A stretch of DNA of 64,000 bases from a virus (Duplodnaviria > Caudoviricetes): the IMG/VR virus record IMGVR_UViG_3300010429_001449; one strand, given 5' to 3'. Position numbers and translations under genes: made by a program. A model generated the notes under the pieces. The model made no database searches. It saw only the letters and a list, made by a program, of their open reading frames with translations, and had not been told where the DNA came from. Of this stretch, positions 1 to 9,909 are shown one piece after another (position 1 is the first letter of the stretch; each line of letters begins with the position of its first letter).

Positions 1-23
1 AATCTTGCAATGGTGAATTGTGC

Positions 24-440
24 GGGGGGACGGGGACGGCGGGGACGATCCGGACAGGGGACGCCGTCATCGGGGACGGGGACAGCGACGTCGGCGGGGA
101 CGCCGGACGGGGACGGGGGGACGCCGTCAAGCGGGGGACGTTCCGGACGGGGGACGGGGACGCCGGACAGGGGGGACGGGGACGGGGACGCGAATAGGTA
201 ACGCTCCGTGCAGGGGGACGCCGTCGGCGGGGGACGGCGGGGACGGTCCGGACGGGGGGATCAACGGCGGGGACAATCGGCGGGGACGGGGACGCCGGAC
301 GGGGACACCGTCGGCGGGGACGGGGGGACAATCTGCAGGGGGACGCGGAGCAGTACGGACGGAGACGACGCCGTCGGGGGACGCGGGGGACGCCTGGCGA
401 AGACCGATTGATAATAGGAGCGGGGAGCGGGGGTGGGGAC
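24..440 (+). repeat. G-rich degenerate repeat block dominated by GGGGAC(G)
   Basis: Dozens of GGGGAC copies, all on the + strand; ORFs here translate to low-complexity G/R/T/D sequence. Confidence 0.85.
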
Positions 441-1049
441 TGGGCGGCGGGGGGCACGGGGGAGCGGGGCGGGGCGCGGGAGCGGGGAGCGGGGTCGACG
501 GCGCGGAGCGGGCGGAGCGGGCGACGCCAGCGACGGGGGCGTCAATGGTGAGCGCGTACTGCGGGGGCGCGGGTTACGGGCGGCGGGGCGGCTGCAGCGC
601 GGGGGTGACGCCAGCGGCGCGGGCGACGGGGCGGTCATCGGCGCGGCGCGGCCAGGCGGGGGGAGCGGGGCGACGGCGCGGAGCGCGAGCGCCGGGCGCG
701 GGGCGTATCACTGGGGCGGGCCTTGCGGGGTACGGGGCGGCGCTGGGCCTTGCGGCGGCACGTCAGGGGCGGCAATGGTGAGCGAGAGCGAGCAGGGCGG
801 GGCGTGAGCGGGCAACAACGGGGCGCGGCGGGGGCGACAGCGGCGCGGGCCGACGGGGGAGCGCGGCGGGTCGACGGCGAGACTGTTCCGCACGGCGGCG
901 CGGCGGAGCCGGGAACCGGAGTTCGTCCGCCGGGGCGCGGAGCCGGGGCCAGCGACGGGGCGACGCCGATTGATAATCGTGCGGGGCTGGGCGGGGGCGG
1001 GGATCGACGAGGGTCGTCGACCGACGGCGAGGACGTGCCGGAGTCGGCG

Positions 1050-1660
1050 CGGTCAGGGGAGCCTGCCGTTTGATAATCGTCGCCTCCGGTGGGGGCGTCT
1101 GCGCCGTGCGGGGCGGTCACGGCGCGGCGGGGTGCGGGGTCAGGGGTCGACGGTGCGGTGCGGGGGCGGTGCTGGGCAATGGTCAGGGGTCGACGGTGCG
1201 GCGGGTCAGGGTCAGGGGCGGCGGACTGGGCGCGGGTCAGGCTACACGGGGCGCGGCGGGGGTCAGGGGCGCGTACGCGGTCAGGCGGGGCAATAAGTCA
1301 GGGGTCAGGCGATACGCGGCGCGGCGGGGCGCGTACGCGGTCAGGCGGGGCAGTACGGGGCGGGTCAGGGAGCGGAGCGGGTCAGGGGTCAGGCGGACGA
1401 CGGGGTCGTCGGGGCGGGGGTCACGGGGCAAGAGCGAATAGGTAACGGGTCGACGCGGCGCGGGGTCAGGCGATACGCGGCGGCGGGGGTCAGGCGGTCA
1501 GGCGTGGTCACGCGGGGTCAGGGGGTCACGGGGTCACGGCGCGGGGCGGGGCGGCGGTCACGGGGTCACGGGGTCACGACCAGGGGCGGGGCGGCGCGGT
1601 CAGGGACGCGGGGCAATGGTCAACGGTTGACGGGGCGGTCAGGCGCGACGCGGTCACGTA
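1050..1660 (+). repeat. G-rich degenerate repeat block dominated by GGTCA(G/C)G
   Basis: Many copies of GGGTCAGG/GGGTCACG/CGGTCAGG on the + strand only; the same block type recurs at about 2540-2985. Confidence 0.8.
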
Positions 1661-1804
1661 AAAAAAAAGTTACGCGGCGCATAAAAAAACTTTCCGGCGC
1701 GGCGCGGGGCAATGGTCTACTTGTGCGCGAAAGTGCCGTTTTGCTGCATTATACAACGTAGAAAAGATTTCGCGCAAATAGTCCAGATTAGTGTAAAAAG
1801 ATAC

Positions 1805-1833
1805 TTGACATAGGGCAGAAAAGCGTATATACT
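1805..1833 (+). promoter_or_regulatory. Canonical sigma70-type promoter (17-nt spacer) of first sigma gene
   Basis: TTGACA 1805-1810, 17 nt, TATACT 1828-1833; RBS GGGAGA upstream of GTG 1885. Confidence 0.75.
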
Positions 1834-1884
1834 TACTTGTGTTGTGACGGTCAGACAGTCAAACACTTTTCAGGGAGAAACAAA

Positions 1885-2475
1885 GTGAAGAACGAAACAG
1901 TCAGGGAAGCGCAGAACGGGTCACGGACGGCGGTCGATGCGATAGTGGCGCAGTACGCGGATATGGCAAGCAATGCGGCGTACGGCGGTTTTGGGGCGGC
2001 GCGGTACGAAGACAAGCGCCAAGCGGCAATGGTCGGAATTCTGGAAGCTATCCAGACTTTCGACGCGGCGCGGGGCGCGGATTTTGGGACGCATGTCTAC
2101 TGGGCAATCAAGGGCGCGATCACGGTAGAATGCCGGGCGTACGCGGATAATATGCGCGACATGGTCGCTCGGGATGAAGACGGAGACGTCGCAACGGTCA
2201 CGGAAGTTAGCGCCGATCTCAATATGCTTTCACCGGACGCGGAAGCGGAAGCGAGAGAGACAAGCGCCGAAAATACAGTGAAGCTGCAGAACGCAATCGA
2301 CGCTATCAGGACGTTGAAAGATAGGGACGCGGAAGCGGTCACGCTCTATCTGGGTCTTGACTGCGGTCGGGCGCGGTCTTTCGCGGAAGTCGGGTCGATC
2401 ATGGGATTGACTCGGGAACGGGTCAGGCAGATTGTAGGACGCGGTCTGGAACAAATCAGGCAAGCTGCAGCGTGA
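1885..2475 (+). CDS. RNA polymerase sigma-70 family factor (sigma A of this window)
   Basis: Region 2-like QAAMVGILEAIQTFD..GADFGTHVYWAIKG; region 4 HTH SFAEVGSIMGLTRERVRQI; start placed at GTG after RBS. Confidence 0.9.
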   Translation: MKNETVREAQNGSRTAVDAIVAQYADMASNAAYGGFGAARYEDKRQAAMVGILEAIQTFDAARGADFGTHVYWAIKGAITVECRAYADNMRDMVARDEDGDVATVTEVSADLNMLSPDAEAEARETSAENTVKLQNAIDAIRTLKDRDAEAVTLYLGLDCGRARSFAEVGSIMGLTRERVRQIVGRGLEQIRQAAA

Positions 2476-2539
2476 CGCGGGGCAATGGTGAAGCGGCGCA
2501 AAAACGGGATGCTACGGAGCATCCCGTTTTTATGTACGG

Positions 2540-2985
2540 GTCAGGCGCGGAGCGGGTCACGGTCACGGCGGCGCGGGGCAATGGTCAGGCGGTCACGCGG
2601 GGCGGCGGTCAGGGGGTCAGGCAATCACGGAAGCGGGGCGGCGGCGGTCAGGCAATACGGGGCGCGGGGCGGGGTCAGGGGCAAACAAGCGGGGCGGGGC
2701 AATGGTTCAGGGTCAGGCGGCGCGGAACGGGTCACGGCGGGGCGCGTACGCGGTCAGGCGGTCAGGGTCAGGCGCGGGGCGGAACGGGGGGTCAGGGTCA
2801 GGCGGTCACGGCGGAACGGAAGCGGGGCGCGGTCAGTCAGGCGCGGCGGGGTCACGGAACGGACGGCGGCGGGGTCAGGCGCGGGGGTCAGGGAGACGGA
2901 GTCGAGCGGGTCACGCGGCGGGGCGGCGAGGGGCGGTCAGCCGAGCGAGAAGCGATTGATAATCGCCAGGAGGGGCCAGGTCAGC
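2540..2985 (+). repeat. Second GGTCA-rich, G-skewed repeat block
   Basis: Repeated GGTCAGG/GGTCACG and GCGGAACGG; no credible coding signal. Confidence 0.75.
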
Positions 2986-3376
2986 GGGGCGAGAGACGCC
3001 AGGACGCGGCGCGGGGGCGTTCGGGTCGGAACCAGGACGGGGGCCAGGACGGGATCAGCCGGAGGCATAATGCGATTGATAATCGTCACGCCGGACGGGG
3101 GCCGGGGCGGGTTCCAGGGGGCAGACTAGGTCGGCGGCAGAACGGGGCATACCGGCAGGGGCAATCCTAACGGACGGGGGCAAGCGGGGGCGGCAGAACG
3201 GCGGCGGGGCAAGTGGGGCGGGGTCAGGTGGCAGAACGGCAGGGGGCAATGGTACGTGGCGGGGCGGGGCATTGCAGGGCGGCGGGGGGCAGAATGCAGA
3301 ACGGGGCGCGGGCCGGGCGCGGGGGCGCAGTACAGGCCGTTGTCGACCGCCTGCAATGGTAGCCGATTAAAACAAC

Positions 3377-3404
3377 AAAGCCCCGTCCGCAGACAGGGCT
3401 TTGT
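3377..3404 (-). terminator. Intrinsic terminator
   Basis: AAAGCCC...GGGCTTT hairpin just downstream of minus-strand gene ending 3427. Confidence 0.65.
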
Positions 3405-3426
3405 TACTCCGCGCAGTTGCCAGCGG

Positions 3427-3795
3427 CTATTCCTCTTCGCGTTGCGCGGCGCATTCTTCGCAAGCGGCTTCAGCCGCTTCAACGCAATCGCCGAAACAAC
3501 CCAGGCGGAATTCGTTGTTTTCCGTATCGTAGACAATGGTCGTCTGGTACGTATCGCCGACGTTCAGCACAACCGCAACACAATCAAGCCAGTAGGAATC
3601 GACGTGACTGTGTTCGTGACGTACCGCGTCAGTCCCGTAGCAATGGGTGAGCGTAGCGATCTCGTTCATCACGGTATCCGGGCCGTTATGGCAACCCTTA
3701 ACCGCCTTGAGCATTGCCAGAACCTTATCCGCCTCTTCACTTGTCAGTTGAAGGGCCGTCATCAGTTCCGCCTTATCGATGCTTACCTTAGCCAC
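3427..3795 (-). CDS. Hypothetical phage protein
   Basis: GTG after GGGAGA RBS and own promoter cassette; LNVGDTYQTTIVYD motif. Confidence 0.8.
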   Translation of the reverse strand: MAKVSIDKAELMTALQLTSEEADKVLAMLKAVKGCHNGPDTVMNEIATLTHCYGTDAVRHEHSHVDSYWLDCVAVVLNVGDTYQTTIVYDTENNEFRLGCFGDCVEAAEAACEECAAQREEE

Positions 3796-4032
3796 TTTGC
3801 AATCTCCCTGAAAAGTAATGGTTGACTGTCCAGCACTATCCTTAATATAACAGAACATTAGGCTATGTCAAGAGACTTTCCAGAAATATTTTTACGCAAT
3901 AACAAGCGGCGCGGAACGGGACAGGTTAGACAACGGTAGGGCGGGGCGCGGAACAAGCGGCGGCGGGGCGGGGCTATAGCCTGGCGCGGCAAGACAACAG
4001 ACAGGTCCGTAGCGGGAGACGACAGACGTTGC

Positions 4033-4137
4033 GCGGAGCGGTAGCGGAGCGGTAGCGGAGCGGTAGCGGAGCGGTAGCGGAGCGGTAGCGGAGCGGTAGC
4101 GGAGCGGTAGCGGAGCGGTAGCGGAGCGGTAGCGGAG
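4033..4137 (+). repeat. Perfect tandem repeat (GCGGAGCGGTA) x9.5
   Basis: Nine identical 11-mers 4033-4131 plus a partial unit. Confidence 0.97.
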
Positions 4138-4446
4138 AACCGGACGCGGAACGGAGTCCGGCGGGGCGCGGGGACGCGGACGCCACGCCGATTGATAATC
4201 CCGTCGGATACGCCAGGAGGAGCCAGGAGGAGCTAGGCCAGGGAAGAGCCAGGAGGCAGGATTGATAATCGTCAGCCCTCTGGCGCGGTGCGGACGCGGC
4301 GGCCAGGGGGTCAAGCGTCGGCGGAATCGGCGGTCGGCGGGGCCGGGGCCGGGCTGTACGGGGTCGGGGGTAGGGTCGGGGCGTCCGTACAAAAAGAACC
4401 CCCGGCGGGGTTAGGGCCGGGGGTTTGTGGCCGTGCGAGTCAATGG

Positions 4447-4758
4447 TCAGGCCGTGACGCCAAACAACGTATCGACCAGCGTATCCGTTGCGGCGGACAG
4501 TGCGATGACGGCGGATTGCGCGTGACGCGCAATCCAGCGGCGGGCCGCGTCTTCACTCTCGAATTGCTTTTCAGCGGAGATTACGCGGCGGACGCGGCCA
4601 CGGTCAAAGTCGGCGGAATAACCGTAGCGTTGCGCCGTGATTGTGCGGTCATAGTTCAAGCGGAGTTCCCCGATAGAAACATCACCAGCGAAGCAATCCC
4701 GCGAATCACCAAGCCTAACAAGGGGTCTGTTGATCGACCACGAAAACGATACTGACAT
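4447..4758 (-). CDS. Hypothetical protein
   Basis: ATG with GAGGAG RBS; terminator-like hairpin at 4391-4428. Confidence 0.75.
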   Translation of the reverse strand: MSVSFSWSINRPLVRLGDSRDCFAGDVSIGELRLNYDRTITAQRYGYSADFDRGRVRRVISAEKQFESEDAARRWIARHAQSAVIALSAATDTLVDTLFGVTA

Positions 4759-4809
4759 GGTAAGCTCCTCGAAAAGAAACGGGGACCGGTCTCCCAGTCC
4801 CCTAGATGG

Positions 4810-5097
4810 TTAGCTAAGGCCACTGGCCACTTCAATGGCACGGCGGCCTTGTTCCTCAATGGCCTCGTCCAGCGGGTCATAGAGACTCCGCAGATAGGCG
4901 CGGGCCGCGTCCGGGTCTTCCCGCTCTAACAGACGGACGCGGCGCATAAGATCGTTGCGCCGTGACAGTGCGACGCCGACGTCGGCGTCTTCGGCCACAA
5001 TAGCCTGCAGCAGGGCGTTGTCGCGTCCACAGACAACGTCGTAACCGATTTCATGATCCAAGCGGTTAAGCTCATCGTAAAGGTCGAAAAGTTCCAC
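4810..5097 (-). CDS. Hypothetical protein (acidic, helical)
   Basis: GTG after cassette RBS TTTTTGGGAGA. Confidence 0.8.
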   Translation of the reverse strand: MELFDLYDELNRLDHEIGYDVVCGRDNALLQAIVAEDADVGVALSRRNDLMRRVRLLEREDPDAARAYLRSLYDPLDEAIEEQGRRAIEVASGLS

Positions 5098-5682
5098 GGT
5101 TATCTCCCAAAAAGGTTGTCTGTCCACTACACTTAATATAACAGCAATCAAGCCAATGTCAAGAGAGTTTCCGAGATTATTTCAGATATTTTTACGCAAT
5201 GGTTGATAGGCCGTTTCTCAGACTGGTCTCCGCGTGATAGTCGGTGTGTTGCGTTCCGCACTAACAGACCGCGCAGACGCGGTTGTCGACCGGAATCCGG
5301 TAGCCGCGTCAATAGAGATACAAGCGGTCATTACAAATCCGGTAGACGGCGGGGGAAGTCTTTTCGGGGTCGGCGCGGCCTGGGTGCGGCGGCGCGGCGG
5401 CCCGCTTCGACGTCGACGTCTATTGAAAATCGCGATCCCCAGCAGGGAGGGGGACGAGCAACGGGCTTGGACTCCGTCGCAGACTCAGTCAACAGCGGGG
5501 GCAGATTGAAAATCGCCACACCCCGCCAGGCAAGCGGACGAGCGGGGCGGCGCACTAGGGCGCAAGGGCGGGATACATCTAGGCGGGGCCGGGGTTAGGG
5601 TTCAAGCATTGCAAGGGACGGATAAACGGCCAATGTTGCGCGGGACGATATGTCCCGCGCAACAATGGTTGACGCGCAACGG

Positions 5683-5907
5683 CTACAGAACGAACGGCTG
5701 CAGCCGCGCACGGCGGACAATCCACGTCCTGACATATTGCGCGGGAAGGGCCGCGCCGGGGGTATGCTCGTCCTGATAGGCGGATAACGGTATCCATGTA
5801 TCATCCCGGCTATCGGCGGAAAATGCCAGCTTGATTGCCTTATCGCTGACTTCCAGTACTTCCGCGTATGCGCGTACCCGCGCCCAATCCTGAGTGATGG
5901 TAGTCAT
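5683..5907 (-). CDS. Hypothetical small protein
   Basis: ATG after GCCGGAG RBS of second-class leader; SDKAI..WIPLS pattern. Confidence 0.75.
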   Translation of the reverse strand: MTTITQDWARVRAYAEVLEVSDKAIKLAFSADSRDDTWIPLSAYQDEHTPGAALPAQYVRTWIVRRARLQPFVL

Positions 5908-5913
5908 AGTTGA

Positions 5914-5980
5914 CTCCGGCGGGGGGTTAATTTGTCCCGCTCTATAAGACGATACGGACGGCGGAAAAGAATCTGACAAG
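5914..5980 (-). promoter_or_regulatory. Second-class promoter/leader, copy 1
   Basis: CTTGTCAGATT-N8-CCGTCCGTAT..TATAGAG..CGGGA..TTAACCCCCCGCCGGAG; matches 7245-7313. Confidence 0.7.
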
Positions 5981-6120
5981 CGGCACGGAATTAAAATCCC
6001 CGTCGAGAACCGATAGGGGGCGCGTACAGACAACGAAGCTATAGCATACGCGGCGGAACATCAACGCGGCGGCGGACGCAATGCGGCGCACTGTACGCCG
6101 CGCAATGGTCGAGTTAAAAC

Positions 6121-6152
6121 AAAAAAGCCCTATCCAGCGGATAGGGCTTTTT
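6121..6152. terminator. Bidirectional intrinsic terminator
   Basis: AAAAAAGCCCTATCC-AGC-GGATAGGGCTTTTT. Confidence 0.85.
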
Positions 6153-6163
6153 GTATTCCGCCG

Positions 6164-6532
6164 TTATGGTTCGCGGGGGTCGACCGCTTCCATAACAAGT
6201 TCCTTGCCCAAGCTGACATAGTAGAGAACCGCCGTAGCTTCCGCGCCGTCAATCCACGCATAGTTACGCGGACGATACGTTACGGCGCGGCGGTTCAATG
6301 CCTTGCTGATAAGGCACAGAAGCAATCCCTTGCCATCATCCCGGAACGTAATGGTGCAGGGGATATGCCGCAGATAGAAACGGGGTCCGCGTCCGCGGTC
6401 CGCTTCCGTTGAAACGTCCAGCTTTTCCGCGTCCGCATGCGCTTCAAGCGCAGTTTCAACAGCGGCCACGACCTCGTCAATGGTCATGCTAGACGTTACG
6501 TTGACTTCGATGTTTTCCGTTGCAATCGTCAT
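6164..6532 (-). CDS. Hypothetical protein
   Basis: ATG after cassette RBS; terminator downstream. Confidence 0.8.
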   Translation of the reverse strand: MTIATENIEVNVTSSMTIDEVVAAVETALEAHADAEKLDVSTEADRGRGPRFYLRHIPCTITFRDDGKGLLLCLISKALNRRAVTYRPRNYAWIDGAEATAVLYYVSLGKELVMEAVDPREP

Positions 6533-6855
6533 TCTGACTTCTCCCGAAAAGAGGAATGTTGTCCGCGTCACTATCCTTAATATAACAGCACAGCGGCCTA
6601 TGTCAAGAGATTTTCCAGAAATATTTTTACGCAAAGACAAGCGGCGGCGGGACGGGGTCGGGACGGGAACGGACGGCGGGTATGCAGTTTGCGCGAAGGG
6701 CGGGACGGTTGCCTAGACAACGGCGGGGCGGCGGAGACTATCCCCCGGCGGAGCAACCGCAAGACGCAGTCGCGCCGCGACGCCGCCGGGGGTCGACCGC
6801 CTGGCGGGAGCCGATTGATAATCGCGCCCCACCTGGAGGGATCAGCCCACTCTGC

Positions 6856-6915
6856 GCAAAATATTATGCTTAAAAGTGTGTTAAACTTCGCACTGTTTTA
6901 AGCATAATATTTTGC
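6856..6915. repeat. 60-bp AT-rich inverted repeat element, copy 1
   Basis: GCAAAATATTATGCTTAAAA-N20-TTTTAAGCATAATATTTTGC, perfect 20-bp arms; second copy at 30575-30634. Confidence 0.92.
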
Positions 6916-6986
6916 TTAGCGACGAGGCGGGGGCTTGGAAATGTGCGGTCGGGGGCCGGGTCGTCTGCGCCAGGGCGGGGTCTGGC

Positions 6987-7238
6987 TTATTTGCGCCGTC
7001 GTTTCTTGTCGGCGGCGCATCGCTGGCAGTAATAATAACCGTCCGGGCCATACCAGACCATGTCGGGAGTTAAGTCCGGTTCTCCGCAATGGTCACAACT
7101 GAGACGTTGCGAAGCGCAACATTGCTCAACGCAACGCTCCGCTTGCCAGAACGTATCATACCGCGTTCCGCAATAGGAACACGTACAGACGCGCCCGTCA
7201 ACCGTTATCCTTCCGTCCTGAGTAACATAAGTCTTCAT
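6987..7238 (-). CDS. Small Cys-rich (zinc-finger-like) protein
   Basis: CSYC, CxxxC, CDHC, CQRC motifs; RBS GCCGGAG. Confidence 0.75.
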   Translation of the reverse strand: MKTYVTQDGRITVDGRVCTCSYCGTRYDTFWQAERCVEQCCASQRLSCDHCGEPDLTPDMVWYGPDGYYYCQRCAADKKRRRK

Positions 7239-7244
7239 CCGAAT

Positions 7245-7313
7245 CTCCGGCGGGGGTTAAGTTTTCCCGCGTCTCTATAGACCTATACGGACGGGCGCTA
7301 CAAATCTGACAAG
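7245..7313 (-). promoter_or_regulatory. Second-class promoter/leader, copy 2
   Basis: Shares all conserved blocks with 5914-5980. Confidence 0.7.
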
Positions 7314-7416
7314 AGAGTCACAGAATCTTTTTCGGGCCGCGCCGGGCGCAATGGTACACAAAAAAAAGCCCGCAACCCCTTGCGGGGTCTGCAGGCTTGT
7401 TTTGTTCGCTGTACGG

Positions 7417-7707
7417 CTACAGTTCCACCAACAGACAACCCTTGCCCGCTTGGGCGGGTAATGGTTCAACCGCCGCCCACAGTGCGCGGGCCGCACCGGG
7501 GTTGCGGGAGTCTGTTCCCGACCAGAACGTCACGACTTCCCGACGGTCATCATTGTAAATGGCGACTTCACCGTCCAGTTCCGGGCCGTTGCCTCTGACA
7601 GCAACCGTCGCCTTGCGAAACGCGGCTGCAGCGTCCACTTTCTCCGGGTGTTCCGTGCGCGAGACTACCGCGCCGAAACGGTCTTTTGTTTCAACTGAGT
7701 ACATCAT
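7417..7707 (-). CDS. Hypothetical protein
   Basis: ATG after AAGGGAGA; follows the 7715-7978 gene; terminator at about 7359-7404. Confidence 0.75.
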   Translation of the reverse strand: MMYSVETKDRFGAVVSRTEHPEKVDAAAAFRKATVAVRGNGPELDGEVAIYNDDRREVVTFWSGTDSRNPGAARALWAAVEPLPAQAGKGCLLVEL

Positions 7708-7714
7708 TTCTCCC

Positions 7715-7978
7715 TTAGACAATGGTAGCAATGAAACGGTCGATCTTGCTGTTCAATGCCGCGCTTCCGCAAGCAAGACAATGGTCCTCATCTTCCCACG
7801 CTTCCGCGAGTTCCCACGCATCCGCTTCCGTGAGTTCAACAACCCACGTGCCGTCTTCCGCGTCGCTCTCTCGCATGGCTTGCGAGAGTAAGTCCGACGT
7901 GAGATACCGTCCGCCGTGCCAGAAGATAGCTTCCGCTTCGCTGGCATCAAGAGTCAGGGTGTAAGCGTACCTTGCCAC
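7715..7978 (-). CDS. Hypothetical acidic protein
   Basis: GTG after cassette RBS. Confidence 0.8.
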   Translation of the reverse strand: MARYAYTLTLDASEAEAIFWHGGRYLTSDLLSQAMRESDAEDGTWVVELTEADAWELAEAWEDEDHCLACGSAALNSKIDRFIATIV

Positions 7979-8372
7979 GTTTCGATCTCCCAAAAAGAAT
8001 CTGGAATGTCCTGCACTACTGTTAATATAACAGCGGCGCAATCAATGTCAAGAGTATTTTCTGAAATATTTTGCGAGTGTGCGGGGCTTAGCGGAAAGTG
8101 TGCGGGCCTAGCCGTAAGAGTGTGCGCCGTGCGCGAAGACGTGCGCGGGGCCGGGCCTAGCCGAGCGGCGCAGAACGGGGGCCGGTTGGAAATCGCTACC
8201 CGGTACCGGGGGCGAGACGACGAGTCGCCGCGCCAGGATAATCGAGAGGGCGCGGGTCGGATTGGAAATCACGTGCCCTACCAGGCGGGGGCGGGGCCGC
8301 GACAACTGGATTTGTAACCCTGACAACCCGATTTGTAGAGCGGGGGGAATTGCCGGAGCAATGGTACAAGAG

Positions 8373-8400
8373 AAAAGCCCCGGAGAGTATCCGGGGCTTT
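8373..8400 (-). terminator. Intrinsic terminator
   Basis: AAAAGCCCCGGA-GAGTA-TCCGGGGCTTT. Confidence 0.8.
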
Positions 8401-8417
8401 GGGGAGTTGCGCCGCGA

Positions 8418-8708
8418 CTATCCGTCATAGTCGCCGCCGCCGTCCAGTTCCTCACCGAGCGGCGTTTCCCAGTCCCTGAAATCGTCATCGTGCGCGAAAT
8501 CCTGCCGTTCCTGCTCTTCCAGGATACGGTCGCGCTCAAGTTCGGCGTCCTCTTCGTACTTTTCCTCTTCCAACCGCTCCGACGCGGCATCATACTCGCG
8601 CTGTAACCGCGCTACGCGCTCATTGGCGCGACAAAGTTCTTGCCGGAGATTGTCGGCGTCACGCGACGCCTCCTCCAGTTCCCGTGCGATTGTGTCCAGA
8701 TCGGTCAT
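8418..8708 (-). CDS. Highly acidic coiled-coil protein
   Basis: Cassette promoter/RBS; E/D-rich heptad-like sequence. Confidence 0.8.
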   Translation of the reverse strand: MTDLDTIARELEEASRDADNLRQELCRANERVARLQREYDAASERLEEEKYEEDAELERDRILEEQERQDFAHDDDFRDWETPLGEELDGGGDYDG

Positions 8709-8895
8709 TGTCCAGTCTCCCGAAAAAAGGTTTGAAGTCCAGCACTACCGTTAATATAACAGCGGGCCGCGCAATGTCAAGAGTCTTTTTCCAGAATCTT
8801 AGAGATTTCTTTTTGAGCAATGGTCAAGGGCGTACAGCCGTTAAACGACAAAGCCCCGGTTTAGGGCCGGGGCTTTGCGTAGTGCTGTCTGTAGG

Positions 8896-9267
8896 TCATC
8901 CTACAGACTTCGGGAGAATGTTGTGTAGGGCAATGGTGTTAATGACGTTCGGGCGGGCCGGATCACGGCGGACCGTGATACGGACGGGAACGACCACGGT
9001 CGCGCCGCCCGGCGCAACCGCTTGATACTGAGCAATGCGCGTCAAAGCCAGCACGATACAGTCGATGGTTGACTCGCACGGCTCGTCCAGCACGATATCC
9101 GTATGCGTCTCGCGCTGGGCGTACGTTCCGGCGCTGGCGCAATAATGCAAGGGCGTAAGGCGCTCCCGCAACCGGACGACAAAGCGGTCGACCGTATCAA
9201 CGACGGTGTTTCCCCACTTGTGCCGAATCTCCGGCGTTGCCAGAAATGCAAGGGCGGCGTCTGTCAT
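8896..9267 (-). CDS. Hypothetical protein
   Basis: ATG after TTTTGTGGAGA; terminator at 8850-8877. Confidence 0.8.
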   Translation of the reverse strand: MTDAALAFLATPEIRHKWGNTVVDTVDRFVVRLRERLTPLHYCASAGTYAQRETHTDIVLDEPCESTIDCIVLALTRIAQYQAVAPGGATVVVPVRITVRRDPARPNVINTIALHNILPKSVG

Positions 9268-9633
9268 CGTTCCGTCTCCACAAAAGAAATGAATGTCTGT
9301 CACTACTGTTATTATAACAGCACGGCGTCCAGCGTCAAGAGAGTATTTCCGAAGATTCATCCTATTTCCGCGACGCCGGGAGACGGCCTGAGTTCGGGCA
9401 GCGAGACGGCGAGACGCTGACACCCAGTTGTCAGGGCCGGGCGGGGCCGAGGGCGGCGATTGATAATCGAGGCACTGAGGGCGGGTCGGGGGCGGAAATC
9501 CGGCGGCGTTGCTCGACGAAGAGCGGGGATTGATAATCGCGTCCCTCCCCCGGCGCGGGGCCGGGGCCGTTAAATGAACCCGGCCCGTCCGGAAAGTCCG
9601 GAGCGGGCCGGGAGAATGTCGTTACGCGGGCCG

Positions 9634-9909
9634 CTATGCGGGCCGCGTGTACTTGCGGAGCGTATTTTCCGATACGTCCAGCGCCTTTGACGTTGCGCGA
9701 TAGTTGCCGTTGCAAGCGGCAAGCGCCGCCGTCATATAGGCGCGAAGTACGGCGTCGACCGTCCGTACGCTGTTCGGGCCGTCAAGCGTTGTTTCGGGCT
9801 GCAGGTCCGTTGCCTTTGCAACCGGCGCAACCGTTGCCGTTGCCGTTGCAACCGGCGCGGTTGTTTCAACCGTTATCGTCACTCCGTTAACTTCAATGGT
9901 TTGCTTCAC
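9634..9909 (-). CDS. Fis-like helix-turn-helix DNA-binding protein
   Basis: C-terminal ALAACNGNYRATSKALDVSENTLRKY matches the Fis/NtrC-type HTH pattern. Confidence 0.8.
   Translation of the reverse strand: MKQTIEVNGVTITVETTAPVATATATVAPVAKATDLQPETTLDGPNSVRTVDAVLRAYMTAALAACNGNYRATSKALDVSENTLRKYTRPA

Noticed and set aside
10-1761. Long ORFs in the G-rich left region (and 2472-3400)
   Set aside because: Low-complexity G/R/A translations open in several frames, no RBS; explained by scarcity of stop codons in repeat-derived DNA
1050-2985. GGTCAGGG as E. coli KOPS
   Set aside because: KOPS is GGGNAGGG; this motif differs and often reads GGTCACG, so identity is unsupported
6856-6915. Protelomerase target site
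   Set aside because: Core is non-palindromic, there are two internal copies, and no protelomerase gene is in the window; kept only as an unexplained inverted repeat
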